Source of the DNA: a virus
Taxonomy: Duplodnaviria > Caudoviricetes
Direction: 5' to 3' (one strand)
Virus record (IMG/VR): IMGVR_UViG_2882284595_000003
Location: 1-64,000 of that record
DNA: 64,000 nt
Shown: one piece after another, positions 17,820 through 26,594 of the stretch
Numbering within the stretch: the first letter of the stretch is position 1
Layout of the letters: every line of letters begins with the position of its first letter
Notes under the pieces: generated by a model
Databases searched by the model: none
Seen by the model: the letters and a program-made list of their open reading frames with translations, nothing else
What the model was told of the DNA's origin: nothing
Made by a program: the position numbers and the translations under genes

Positions 17820-18176
17820 TCAGCTCCTCAAGGGAATGGCAAATTGCAGCGGCTGGCCGCCGGCCCGGCGCCTGGCGTCGATGTCGATGGTCAGCGCGCC
17901 AGCCGCGGCGCCGGTTCCGGTCTGCAAGAGGACGCGTGTCAGTTCTATCCGCGGCTCCCAGGCGGCCAGCGCCATGACGGTGGTGGCCATCGCCTGCATG
18001 CGGGTCTTGCCGTTTAGCGGGCGGTCGATCAGGTCCGGCAGGATGCTGCCGAACTCGCGCCGCTCGATGCGCGAGCCGCGCGGGGTGGTGAGGATGCGGG
18101 CGATGGATTGGCGGATGTGGTCGTCATCGTGGATGGCGCGGCCGGTAGCGGCGTCCATGCCGGTGTAGCTGCTCAT
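17820..18176 (-). CDS. gpW: Baseplate W (gp25-like)
   Basis: HIRQSI..IL.TP.GSR..RR.FGS...WEPR. Confidence 0.95.
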   Translation of the reverse strand: MSSYTGMDAATGRAIHDDDHIRQSIARILTTPRGSRIERREFGSILPDLIDRPLNGKTRMQAMATTVMALAAWEPRIELTRVLLQTGTGAAAGALTIDIDARRRAGGQPLQFAIPLRS

Positions 18177-18844
18177 CGGGGTGGCTCCGTATTGCCGCCG
18201 TGCGGGTCGGGGTGGGTGTGGCTGTGCAGCGTCACGCCGTTGGACGACAACGCGCCGCCGCTATGGTTGATGTTGCCGCTGATGGTGGTGGACGCGCCGC
18301 CGGCGCCGCCCGATCCCGCCATGCCGGCGAGGTAACTGAACAGGCCGGACACGGTAGCTTTCGCCCTGGCTATCACGTCGCCCAGCACGGTCAAGCGGCC
18401 CAGGATCGTGACGTTGCCGGTGATGACGGTTTCCGGGCAACTCACGGTGACGAGTACGGCGGCCTGCACCGTGGCGGTCTGGATGCCGGACACGCTGAGC
18501 GCGCCGGCGGCGTGGTTGTAGAGGATGCGGGCGCCGTCCGGGTAGACGCGCAAATGTTCGTCGGGGCTGTGGGAGGGCGCCGGCCGCTGATCGGAATACA
18601 GGCCCAGCAGCACAATGGCGGTCGCCGGGTCGCCGCTGGGACAGAGCAATATCACCTGCTCGCCCTCGGTGGGCGGGTTCCAGTCGCGGGTCTGGCCAGC
18701 GCGCGGCGCGAGCCAGGGTAGCCAGTGGCTGGTGAGGTCGCCGGATTGCACGCGCACGCGCTCGGCGTCGTGATCCACCTGGGCGATGGTGCCCAGGCGG
18801 ATCAGCGACTCAATGCGGCGGGAGAGGTCTGCGTAATCGTCCAT
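18173..18844 (-). CDS. gpV: Baseplate spike V
   Basis: LIRLGTI...WLPW...GEQV; C-terminal HTH iron-binding motif. Confidence 0.95.
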   Translation of the reverse strand: MDDYADLSRRIESLIRLGTIAQVDHDAERVRVQSGDLTSHWLPWLAPRAGQTRDWNPPTEGEQVILLCPSGDPATAIVLLGLYSDQRPAPSHSPDEHLRVYPDGARILYNHAAGALSVSGIQTATVQAAVLVTVSCPETVITGNVTILGRLTVLGDVIARAKATVSGLFSYLAGMAGSGGAGGASTTISGNINHSGGALSSNGVTLHSHTHPDPHGGNTEPPR

Positions 18845-18851
18845 GCCGGGC

Positions 18852-18912
18852 AGTTTGCACGGGCCGGCATGGGGTGTCGCGGGGTGGGTGTTGTGTGGTG
18901 AACCCTCACAAC
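18852..18912 (-). promoter_or_regulatory. Ogr-dependent late promoter (pV equivalent)
   Basis: GTTGTG-N11-CACAAC (18890-18912), 32 bp from CAAACT. Confidence 0.75.
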
Positions 18913-19008
18913 TGACTAGATTGTGATACTGATCATTTTGTCAGTTACCACCTGTCATAAGTGACGTGAAAATCGAATCTCAGATTAATAAAATTTTGGA
19001 GTGTTGAG

Positions 19009-19500
19009 ATGTTGAGAAAGCTCATTGCTGGTTTATTAGTTCTTGGGATTTCCAGCGCCGCGTGCGCGGCAGTAACCGTCAATATTAAAAATATTAGCGA
19101 TCCGTTCTATCTTGAAAAGGAAGGCAAGGACTATATGTCGTTCAGTCCGCATCTTCCGGCGACACTGCCAGCAAAAAGCACAGTGTCAACCTATGTATAC
19201 TCTTTGTTGCCGGCAAACATTGGCATTGACAGTGTGGATATCATTTACCGTAGTAAGCCTTTGACTGGTGTGACGAGTAATGCTCCTGGGTGTGAGATTA
19301 GCTTTGTATCCAATATTGACCCCCGTACTCAGCTTTCTATTCCGAAGCTGACAATTACACCGTTGAATTATGAGTATTCAACATATCTGAATTGCCAAGG
19401 TAAGCTGACGTCGTTCAATCCTTACACCGGTGTGGGTGTGGTTGATGTCAGTATAAGCACTTACAAGCTGTTCCCAAGCTCTCCCAAGTTGCCTTTCTGA
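19009..19500 (+). CDS. Secreted hypothetical protein (low-GC moron)
   Basis: Signal peptide MLRKLIAGLLVLGISSAACA; GGAG RBS; beta-rich with two further Cys. Confidence 0.8.
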   Translation: MLRKLIAGLLVLGISSAACAAVTVNIKNISDPFYLEKEGKDYMSFSPHLPATLPAKSTVSTYVYSLLPANIGIDSVDIIYRSKPLTGVTSNAPGCEISFVSNIDPRTQLSIPKLTITPLNYEYSTYLNCQGKLTSFNPYTGVGVVDVSISTYKLFPSSPKLPF

Positions 19501-19549
19501 GCTACAATTAACCATTGTCAATTCAATGCGTGATGCTTAGGAGCCGATC

Positions 19550-19867
19550 ATGGGGCCAATGGGATATGCGGTAGCTTACAATGAGCGAATGTCAGTTATT
19601 GGCACGGTTCAGTCCAATATCATCGCATTCCAGAAAATAGCTGATACAACGACAGATCCTGATGTCAAGGCTAGGTATTCTGATTCAGTTGAGGAAATGA
19701 AAAAAAACCTTCCACTGATAGAGCGCCAAGCTAAGCAGTATGCAGCTAATGCTGGAATTGGCGCTGAAGATTTTGGCCATATTGTTGATCCTACGAAGTA
19801 TGATGGCTATGGCAAGAACGGCAAAGGAGTCAAGTTTCCGATAGTGAATCTGTTCGACTCTGCTTGA
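19550..19867 (+). CDS. Hypothetical protein (moron)
   Basis: 105 aa, AGGAG RBS, low GC. Confidence 0.7.
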   Translation: MGPMGYAVAYNERMSVIGTVQSNIIAFQKIADTTTDPDVKARYSDSVEEMKKNLPLIERQAKQYAANAGIGAEDFGHIVDPTKYDGYGKNGKGVKFPIVNLFDSA

Positions 19868-19967
19868 CGGTGTACTTTGAGGATTGACCTTAATTTATGA
19901 TGGGGGAAATCGTCCAGGGGCGTGCTGTATTGAATTTTTTAAGTATTTTTTGAGTTAAGTTTGATGC

Positions 19968-20009
19968 AAAAGTGGGGGCGCTTTTCCAAAAAGCGCCCCC
20001 ACTTTTTTT
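19968..20009. terminator. Bidirectional terminator
   Basis: AAAAGTGGGGGCGCTTTT-cca-AAAAGCGCCCCCACTTTT. Confidence 0.85.
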
Positions 20010-20099
20010 GAGCGGGCTGCTATGCAGGTTGATCTTGATGCAATTGGTATTGCGTAGACTGATTTGCGTGTGTTGCATGGTGCTTCCTTGTGGCGGGTG

Positions 20100-20546
20100 T
20101 TACTTGGATAGATGGGCCAGCATCTGGTCGCGGATAACTTCGATATCGGCGGCGGCGAAGCCCAGCAGCTCGCGCGCCGGATATTGCGTTTCGCGGCGGC
20201 TGCGCCGGCTGACGCGGTCGCGCAGGCCGTATTGATGGACGCGGGCGATGCGTTCCACCTGGCCGACGAAAGCAACGGCGGCGCCGTTGGTGGTGGCTTC
20301 CACCTTCAGCCACTTGGCGGCGCGCAACTTGCTGAACATCTGGCGGCGGATTTTGCCCTTCTTTGCGCGGAATTGCGGCTTGCGTGGCGTGAACTCGCTG
20401 CCGTCCGGGTTGAGCTGGTCGCGGATGCGTTGCTGCTGGCTGGCGCGCAGCGCTTTGGCGATGTCGCGAGCCAGCGCGCGGCGGGCCGCCGGCTCCACCC
20501 GCTGCAACAGGCCGGACAGCTCGGTTTCAAGCTGCATCATGTTCAT
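20100..20546 (-). CDS. gpS: Tail completion/virion morphogenesis protein S
   Basis: QQRI..Q.NPDG...ARVHQYG...YPARELLG. Confidence 0.93.
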   Translation of the reverse strand: MNMMQLETELSGLLQRVEPAARRALARDIAKALRASQQQRIRDQLNPDGSEFTPRKPQFRAKKGKIRRQMFSKLRAAKWLKVEATTNGAAVAFVGQVERIARVHQYGLRDRVSRRSRRETQYPARELLGFAAADIEVIRDQMLAHLSK

Positions 20547-20973
20547 TTTTCACCGTGATATCCCAGGCCCATGGCTCGGGCGGCTCGCCGCGGTGGGTGG
20601 CGGTAATGCTGCCGTCTGCCTCTGTCTGAACTTTGACCCCTTCGGTCAGTTGGAGCGTGATCTCTACATCCATCGCGGCTAGGCTGGTCAGCTCGGCTTC
20701 AAAGCGGAATCCTTTTTCCAGCCGTTCCGGGTTCTGGATCAGCGGCGGCTCGTTGGCTTCGATCCAGCCGCGCAGCGGGATGATGAGCTGGTCGAGGTGG
20801 CCGGCGTAGTCGGTGACGATCAGTTTGACGGTGTAGCGATAGCCGAACGACAGCCGGCCGGGGGCGGCGACGATGCCGCCATCTTCAATGAACATCAGCA
20901 GCCGGTCGGGGTTGTCGCGCAGCTCCGGCAGCGCCGCTTCCAGCGCCTGGCGCAGGCTAGCGGGCTTGTTCAT
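20527..20973 (-). CDS. gpR: Tail completion protein R
   Basis: MNKPASLR...NPDRL.MFIE.G. Confidence 0.93.
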   Translation of the reverse strand: MNKPASLRQALEAALPELRDNPDRLLMFIEDGGIVAAPGRLSFGYRYTVKLIVTDYAGHLDQLIIPLRGWIEANEPPLIQNPERLEKGFRFEAELTSLAAMDVEITLQLTEGVKVQTEADGSITATHRGEPPEPWAWDITVKNEHDAA

Positions 20974-21172
20974 AGCGTTCGAATTCCTGTTGGCACTGCA
21001 CGCAGCGCGAGCAGCCGGCGACGATGCGCTGGCGGGCGTCGGGTATCGGCTCGGCGCAATCCTCGCAATGGCTGAGGCTGGCGCGGTGGGTGATGTTGGC
21101 GAGCTGGCGGGCCAGCGCGGCATCGCGCTGGAGTTGTTCCAGCGCCTGGGCGCGGTCGTAGAAATCGGTCAT
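20957..21172 (-). CDS. TraR/DksA C4 zinc-finger protein
   Basis: D..DRAQ...CEDCAEPIPDARQ...C.RCVQCQ. Confidence 0.9.
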   Translation of the reverse strand: MTDFYDRAQALEQLQRDAALARQLANITHRASLSHCEDCAEPIPDARQRIVAGCSRCVQCQQEFERYEQAR

Positions 21173-21429
21173 GGCGTGTTCTGTTGGCAATGGATGATGT
21201 GATCGATCTGCGCGGCGCAGGATTCAAGCGCCGCCCGGTGCTGCTGCCAGCTGTCGGCCAGTTGCTGGTTGGTGGTTGGCGCCAGCGCCGGCAGCGGACA
21301 GGCCGTCACCGCCGGGCAGCGTTGCAGCAGCAGCGGGCGCGGCGCCGGCTGGCGCGGTGGTGTCGAACAGGCGGGCAAGGTCAGCAGGAATAGCAGCGCT
21401 GCCCCAGGCAGCGGCGGCAGGCGTGGCAT
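21169..21429 (-). CDS. lysC: o-spanin LysC/Rz1-like lipoprotein
   Basis: Lipobox LPAC, CPAVTAC.LP, overlaps the i-spanin. Confidence 0.88.
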   Translation of the reverse strand: MPRLPPLPGAALLFLLTLPACSTPPRQPAPRPLLLQRCPAVTACPLPALAPTTNQQLADSWQQHRAALESCAAQIDHIIHCQQNTP

Positions 21430-21727
21430 GGATGGCGGCCTCCAGTTTGGCCGCGGCGGCGGCGTGTTTGCGGGATAGGGCGGTCACCTGTTCGGCCAGC
21501 TCGCGGCTGGCGGCGGCCTGCAACTTGATGTCGATAGCCTGGGCCGCCAGCTGCTCGGCTTGCAGCTGGTTGAGCGTGGCCAAGCGGGCGCTGTCTTGCG
21601 TGGCGGTGGCCAGCTCTGCGGCCTGGCGCTGGAGCTGGTCGCGCTGCTGCCACAGTGTGAAGCCGGCGAGCAGCGCCAGCGCGATCAGCAGAGTGCCGGC
21701 GAAGCGGCGGGCGAGGGCGGCCATCAT
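21224..21727 (-). CDS. lysB: i-spanin LysB-like
   Basis: N-terminal TM, coiled coil, W...IP..LARL. Confidence 0.82.
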   Translation of the reverse strand: MMAALARRFAGTLLIALALLAGFTLWQQRDQLQRQAAELATATQDSARLATLNQLQAEQLAAQAIDIKLQAAASRELAEQVTALSRKHAAAAAKLEAAIHATPAAAAWGSAAIPADLARLFDTTAPAGAAPAAAATLPGGDGLSAAGAGANHQPATGRQLAAAPGGA

Positions 21728-22524
21728 GCGCTCAGCCTTTCCGCGCGGGCGTAGGCCGCCGCCAGCTTGCTGTCGTAGAGGTTTTCCTTGTAGGCCGGGC
21801 CGTTGTAGAGCTTGGCCACGTCGGCCCAGCGCTTGGCCTGCAGGGCCTTGAGCAGCGCCGGCTCGGCTTCGATGAAACGGGCGAAGGCTTCCAGCTGGGC
21901 GGCCTCGCCCGATTCCATCGCGGCGCGGAATGTTGCGGCGCTGGCGTAGCCCAGCCGCTGCCAGTGATAGCCCATGATCTGGAATAGCCCCCAGCTGCAA
22001 GACTCGATGGCGACAAGGTCGCCGGCCACCGCCGCCAGGCTGGCGAAGCGCACCCACTCGGCCGCGCCGCCGGCGTAGCCGCCGCGGGCGGGATTGCAGA
22101 TGGCCGGATAACGGGTGGCCAGCTGTGCCGCATCTTGGTGGGCGACGCCGGCGCGCTGGTAGGCGACATGCCGTTCCAGCAGGATGACGGGCCGGCCATC
22201 GGCCTGAAATCCGCTGCCGCGCGACTCCACCGCGTGGATAGCCTTGATGCTGGCCAGCGCCACGCCCAGGCGGGCGGCGGCGGCCTGCAGGTCGGCTTCG
22301 GTCAGCCGGCGCGGGTCGCGTACGCCGCGCAGCGCCGCCAAGGTCTTGCGGCCGGCGATGCCGTCCACCACCAGCCCGGCGCGGCGCTGCGCCTGGGCGA
22401 TGGCGGTTTCGGTGGCTTCGCCAAACCAGCCATCTATCGCCAGCGCTGCGCCCTGGGCGCGGAGCTGGGCTTGCAGGTCTTGCACCGCCTGGCCGTGGTC
22501 GCCCTTCTTCAAGATCAGATCCAT
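21724..22524 (-). CDS. Endolysin: PG-binding domain + N-acetylmuramidase (DUF3380-type)
   Basis: DGWFG..T, DGIAG; VESRG.GF, SWGLFQIMG, YNGPAY. Confidence 0.93.
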   Translation of the reverse strand: MDLILKKGDHGQAVQDLQAQLRAQGAALAIDGWFGEATETAIAQAQRRAGLVVDGIAGRKTLAALRGVRDPRRLTEADLQAAAARLGVALASIKAIHAVESRGSGFQADGRPVILLERHVAYQRAGVAHQDAAQLATRYPAICNPARGGYAGGAAEWVRFASLAAVAGDLVAIESCSWGLFQIMGYHWQRLGYASAATFRAAMESGEAAQLEAFARFIEAEPALLKALQAKRWADVAKLYNGPAYKENLYDSKLAAAYARAERLSA

Positions 22525-22826
22525 GTCTCCCTCCTCAGCAGGATGGCCAGCCGCGATTGGCGCGGGCCGCTGGCGCGGAACAGCTCCACCACGTTGCCGC
22601 GCTGGGCCAGCAACGCCAGCAGCCATACGGCGTTGAGAAACAGCTGCGGGCCGTCGGCCAGCTGCGGCAGGCCGAACAGGTGCAGCACCGCCACCGCGCC
22701 GGCGGCGACGATCAGCAGGTAAGCCAACAGGCTGGCAATGGGGCGGTGCTGGCTGTCGCCGCGCTGGAAGGCCAGCAGGACCAGGGCAAGGGCGACGGCC
22801 AGCACGATGTGGGCATGGGCGATCAT
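22515..22826 (-). CDS. Phage holin-family membrane protein
   Basis: Three TM segments, RGNV motif, lysis-cassette position. Confidence 0.8.
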   Translation of the reverse strand: MIAHAHIVLAVALALVLLAFQRGDSQHRPIASLLAYLLIVAAGAVAVLHLFGLPQLADGPQLFLNAVWLLALLAQRGNVVELFRASGPRQSRLAILLRRETWI

Positions 22827-23191
22827 TGGCCGCCCCCTTTCAGCGTGCGCAACGCCTTGGCCGGGTCGTCGGCCAGGCGGATCAGGTACAGCAAGACCTT
22901 GACGGCTAGGGCGGCGGCGATCAGCGCGCCGACGCCGGGGCTCGCCTCGATCGGCATCCATTTGGCCAGCAGGCCGGCGACGGAGGCGGCGGCCAGACAA
23001 CCGGCGATGAAGCTGGCAATGAAGAACATCGCGCGCTTGGCCAGGCCCAGGCTGTCGGAACTCAGCACGAACACCGCGGCGCCGGCGAAGGCTCCCAAAA
23101 CGGTGGCGGCGTCGATGCCGGGGAACAGGGCCAGCCCGGCGACGGCGGCCAGGGTGGCGGTGGTGGCGGTACTGCTTACGGGTTCGGCCAT
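22823..23191 (-). CDS. Putative holin
   Basis: MAEP...GAFAGAAVFV, multiple TM segments. Confidence 0.82.
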   Translation of the reverse strand: MAEPVSSTATTATLAAVAGLALFPGIDAATVLGAFAGAAVFVLSSDSLGLAKRAMFFIASFIAGCLAAASVAGLLAKWMPIEASPGVGALIAAALAVKVLLYLIRLADDPAKALRTLKGGGQ

Positions 23192-23196
23192 GTGAT

Positions 23197-23409
23197 TCAG
23201 TCCCATAGGTTGATGAGGGTTTGCGCCGGCGCGGGGTCGGTCGGCAAGTCGGGCAGCTGCACCAGCGTTCCCATGGGCAGCACCGCGCCCAGGTCGGCCA
23301 GTCCGGGGTTGGCGCTGAGAATCCGCTCCACCACGCCGCGGGTTGTGCCGTAGGCGCGCCAGGCGATGGCGTCCACGGTGTCGCCCTGGTCGGCGCGGAT
23401 GGCGCGCAT
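23197..23409 (-). CDS. gpX: Tail protein X
   Basis: QGDTVD...ANPGLA..G..LP.GT...LWD. Confidence 0.95.
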   Translation of the reverse strand: MRAIRADQGDTVDAIAWRAYGTTRGVVERILSANPGLADLGAVLPMGTLVQLPDLPTDPAPAQTLINLWD

Positions 23410-23888
23410 CAGATCAGCTCCACCGTGGCGCGGCCCACCGCCAAAATGGCGCGGATGGCGGCGCGGGCATCGGCGCGCAGGTCGTCGGCGGTGCTGTCCA
23501 GATCGTCGGCGCGTTGGCGGCCGGCGCCGGTGGTGTCAAAGCTGCGGTAGCGTTCGGCCAGCTCGGCGGCGGCGGTGGCGTAGACCGCGCGGCGCCAGCG
23601 TTGCATCAGCACCGACTCGCCGTCGATCTGTTCGGCCGCCACCTCGGCTAGCTGGCTGGCGCCGGCGGCGGTGCGGATTTGCCGCCAGCCGCTCAGCTCT
23701 TGATTGACGCCGGCGACGGCCTCCACCAGCGCATGGCGCAGCCGCGGCGCGGTGACGGTGCCGTCCAGCCGCATGGCGGCGCGGGCGTGGGCCGGGTCGA
23801 TCTCCGGCCAGAAGTAAGCGGCCTTGATCGGCTGGTCATCGTTGGCGATGGGCGCAGCGGTGGCCGGGGCAGTGCTGTTGATGATCAT
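23409..23888 (-). CDS. gpL: Head completion protein L
   Basis: FWPEID...MRLDGTVT..RL...TVELI; AGGA RBS before 23888. Confidence 0.93.
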   Translation of the reverse strand: MIINSTAPATAAPIANDDQPIKAAYFWPEIDPAHARAAMRLDGTVTAPRLRHALVEAVAGVNQELSGWRQIRTAAGASQLAEVAAEQIDGESVLMQRWRRAVYATAAAELAERYRSFDTTGAGRQRADDLDSTADDLRADARAAIRAILAVGRATVELI

Positions 23889-23929
23889 TGTGTGTCCTGG
23901 GCTGGGTGACGGTGGAGGGGGCTTCGGCT

Positions 23930-23935
23930 GTCGGC
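23930..23935 (+). repeat. Left copy of 6-bp target-site duplication GTCGGC
   Basis: GTCGGC|TGAAG; matches 63198-63203. Confidence 0.9.
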
Positions 23936-24027
23936 TGAAGCGCGGCGCGAAAACTGTGCGCCATTTTGCGCGATAAATGGTGATCAACCCATTTTCCAGC
24001 ATCCGCAAAAGAATTTCACTTCCCACA

Positions 24028-24051
24028 CGAAGGGGCCGGCTGGCCCCTTCG
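24028..24051. terminator. Hairpin downstream of the methylase near the phage end
   Basis: CGAAGGGGCC-ggct-GGCCCCTTCG; poor U-tract on the minus strand. Confidence 0.5.
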
Positions 24052-24067
24052 CTCTTTCGGTGGACGA

Positions 24068-24844
24068 TCACCAGTTACGGATGATCAGTTCCCCCTTCTT
24101 GTCCTTGCTGCGGCCGGCGCCACCCACCGTGTAGGCAATGTCTACTCGCTCCATGCTCAGCCCATCAAAAGCCTGGCGCATCTCTGGGATGTCATTGACC
24201 GAGATGATCATCCGCCCCTTCATCGATTTGGCCAGTTCTGCCATGCGCTGATACTGGTGCAAACCGAAGTCTACGCCATAGCCCTCAGTGCCCCAGTATG
24301 GCGGGTCGCAGTAGACCAGCGTGTGCTCCCGGTCGTACTTCTTGATGCAGTCAGTCCAGTCCAAGTTTTCGATATAGGTGCGGCTCAGGCGTAGGTGGGC
24401 GGCAGACAAGTCTTCTTCTAGGCGCAACAGGTTGAGCTTGGGGGGACTGGTGGTGGCCGTCCCGAAGCTTTGGTTGTCCACCTTGCCGCCGAAGGCCATC
24501 TTCTGGAGGTAGAAGAACCTGGCAGCCCGCTGGATGTCGGTCAGCGTCTCCTCCGGGGTGATCTGCAACCACTTGAAGATTTGCCGCGATGTCAGCGACC
24601 ATTTGAATTGCCGGACAAACTCTTCCATGTGGTGGCGTACGACTCGGTAAAGGTTGACCAGCTCCCCGTTGACGTCGTTGATTACCTCTACCTTGACCGG
24701 TTCCTTCAGGAAATAGAGCGCGGCCGCGCCGCAGAAGGGTTCGACATAGCAGATATGCTCGGGAAACAGAGGAAGGATGTGCTTGGCCAGACGGCGCTTG
24801 CCGCCAATCCATGGAACGATGGGTGCTGCTGTGATTTGTAACAT
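24068..24844 (-). CDS. D12-class DNA adenine methyltransferase (mom position)
   Basis: PWIGGK, YVEPFCG, INDVN, DPPY. Confidence 0.95.
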   Translation of the reverse strand: MLQITAAPIVPWIGGKRRLAKHILPLFPEHICYVEPFCGAAALYFLKEPVKVEVINDVNGELVNLYRVVRHHMEEFVRQFKWSLTSRQIFKWLQITPEETLTDIQRAARFFYLQKMAFGGKVDNQSFGTATTSPPKLNLLRLEEDLSAAHLRLSRTYIENLDWTDCIKKYDREHTLVYCDPPYWGTEGYGVDFGLHQYQRMAELAKSMKGRMIISVNDIPEMRQAFDGLSMERVDIAYTVGGAGRSKDKKGELIIRNW

Positions 24845-24879
24845 CTGCAAGACTCTTTCCTGATGCGAAATATCCCGAT

Positions 24880-24984
24880 AGGCTTGTTTCACCGTTGGCC
24901 AACGGCAATGACAGCCTTGGGATGACTTGCAGGTCTGCTCTGCGGGTCAGCTAGTCGAGCGGGTGCTCCAACACCTGCTCGACT
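24880..24984 (-). ncRNA. Candidate structured 5' leader of the methylase gene
   Basis: Three consecutive stem-loops in the intergenic region. Confidence 0.45.
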
Positions 24985-24997
24985 GCTGTTTTCTGCA

Positions 24998-25606
24998 CTA
25001 TGCCGGGATCAGCGGCCAATCAATTTGGTTCGGAAAGCCTGGCTGATTCGACACTCGGGACAGCTCCACCCGGTAGCGCCGCCAGGCTGCCAGCAGCACG
25101 GACTCGGCTGGCGTCGCCATGCCCAGGTCAGCCGCATCATGCAGCGGCACAATGGCCGCATCGGCCTGGCCGCGCCGCGCGGCGATTTCCGTTTCGACTG
25201 CGGCACGCTGTGCGGCCAACTCGGCGACCTGGTCAACGCTCCAGCTCATGCCATCCCACACGCCAAACGGCGGCGGCGGCAGCTCGGTGGCGCCCAGCGT
25301 CTCCGGCGTGTCACCCAACTGCGCGACAATCGGCTGCGCCGTGGCGGTATCCCACAGCGGCACGCCGCGCCAATCCGGCAGCAGCTGCCAGCCGCCACCC
25401 AGGATGCAATGGGCGGGGATGCTGCCGTCGGCCGCGCGCCAGGCGGCCGCGTGGCGCGGGCCGGCCGCCGGAGGGGCAGCTTCTGCCGCCCAGGCGGGAA
25501 TCAGATAGACCTCGTCCACATCCAGCGGCGAGCGTTGCGCCGTGGTTTGCCCGGTGCATTCGCCGGTCGCGGCGCTGTAGCAATACACTATTTTTTGTTC
25601 GTTCAT
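24998..25606 (-). CDS. Tail fibre assembly chaperone
   Basis: Near-identical to 14136-14750. Confidence 0.92.
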   Translation of the reverse strand: MNEQKIVYCYSAATGECTGQTTAQRSPLDVDEVYLIPAWAAEAAPPAAGPRHAAAWRAADGSIPAHCILGGGWQLLPDWRGVPLWDTATAQPIVAQLGDTPETLGATELPPPPFGVWDGMSWSVDQVAELAAQRAAVETEIAARRGQADAAIVPLHDAADLGMATPAESVLLAAWRRYRVELSRVSNQPGFPNQIDWPLIPA

Positions 25607-26594
25607 TGGTACCCCCTCAGACTTTGATGCAGGCCAGCAGCGCGACGTTGCGGGGCCGGGATTCGTTGCCGCCGGTGCTGTATGTCGCGTAGCGCAAATA
25701 CCTGCCGCTGCCGTTCCACTCTCCCAACAATTCATTTGACGCCTGCCGCGCGCCCAAATCCAGCGGCGCGCCGCCATTGTCCACGAGGACAGTGTCCTGG
25801 CCGGCAATATTGCCTGCCGGTGTCGGGATGGCGTGATCGTGTGCCAGATTCTGAGAGGCCTGGCGGCTACCAAAACTGCGGCCGGCGACGTCCACACCGC
25901 CCCCAGCATCCCAGCCGCGGATAAACTCGCCGCGTAGATCTGGCACGCCGAATGTGGTTTTGCCATCGCCAGCGCCGAATCGCTCACCAATGGCCGCAAA
26001 CAGTGCGGCGTAGGTTGCGCGCGATACATCCTGCGCGCCGTTGCAGATGATCCAGCCCGGCGGCGGCGTGTCGCGGGCGAAATAGGCAATCTGCCCAGGC
26101 GGCGCGGCGGCGGTGATGCCATCCTGCGTGGTGGCGGCATCCGCCAGCTGGCGCCACACAGTCCAGCGGCCCTGATAGCGGCAGCGGTGCCAGAATCCCC
26201 CATCGGCAAACGCCTGATAGGTGTGATAGACCATCTCGCCGGTCGCCCTCACGGTCAGTTGGCCGGCCTGTGGGCAGGGCCAATTCTTGCCCTTGATCGC
26301 ATTATCGTTGGCGGGATTGTGGTAAATGCCGGTGATAGTGAGGGTGTCCAGATCTACCGCCGATGCAATGTCCGCCCGCAGTGGCAATGCATCGGCGATG
26401 CCATAACCGTCCAGCGTGGCGGCCTTGTCGGCCTTGGTGGCCAGCTTCTTGGTCAGGTTGGCCGCAAAACTGGCGTCATTGTCCAGCGCGGCCGCCAGCT
26501 CTTGCAGGGTGTCCAGGGCGCCCGGTGCGCCGGCGATGACGTTACTGATAGCCGCTTGCAGCTCGGCCTTGGTGGCGGCGTCGGTGATGCCGTA
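25056..26594. repeat. Copy 2 of ~1.54-kb direct repeat
   Basis: Aligns to 14200-15738. Confidence 0.95.

Larger units (their letters stand above)
1..23935 (-). mobile_element. P2-like prophage, left part (early/regulatory genes, cargo, tail, lysis, gene L)
   Basis: Gene order L-X-holins-lysin-spanins-R-S / V-W-J-I-fibre-chaperone / FI-FII-E-E'-T-U-D matches P2-type phages. Confidence 0.95.

Noticed and set aside
23889-24071. N-terminal extension of gene L in the ORF track (220 aa)
   Set aside because: Reads across the insertion junction; the real start is 23888 with an RBS
14200-26594. Diversity-generating retroelement (TR/VR pair) in the fibre genes
   Set aside because: No reverse transcriptase; both copies are coding; differences are synonymous and not adenine-specific
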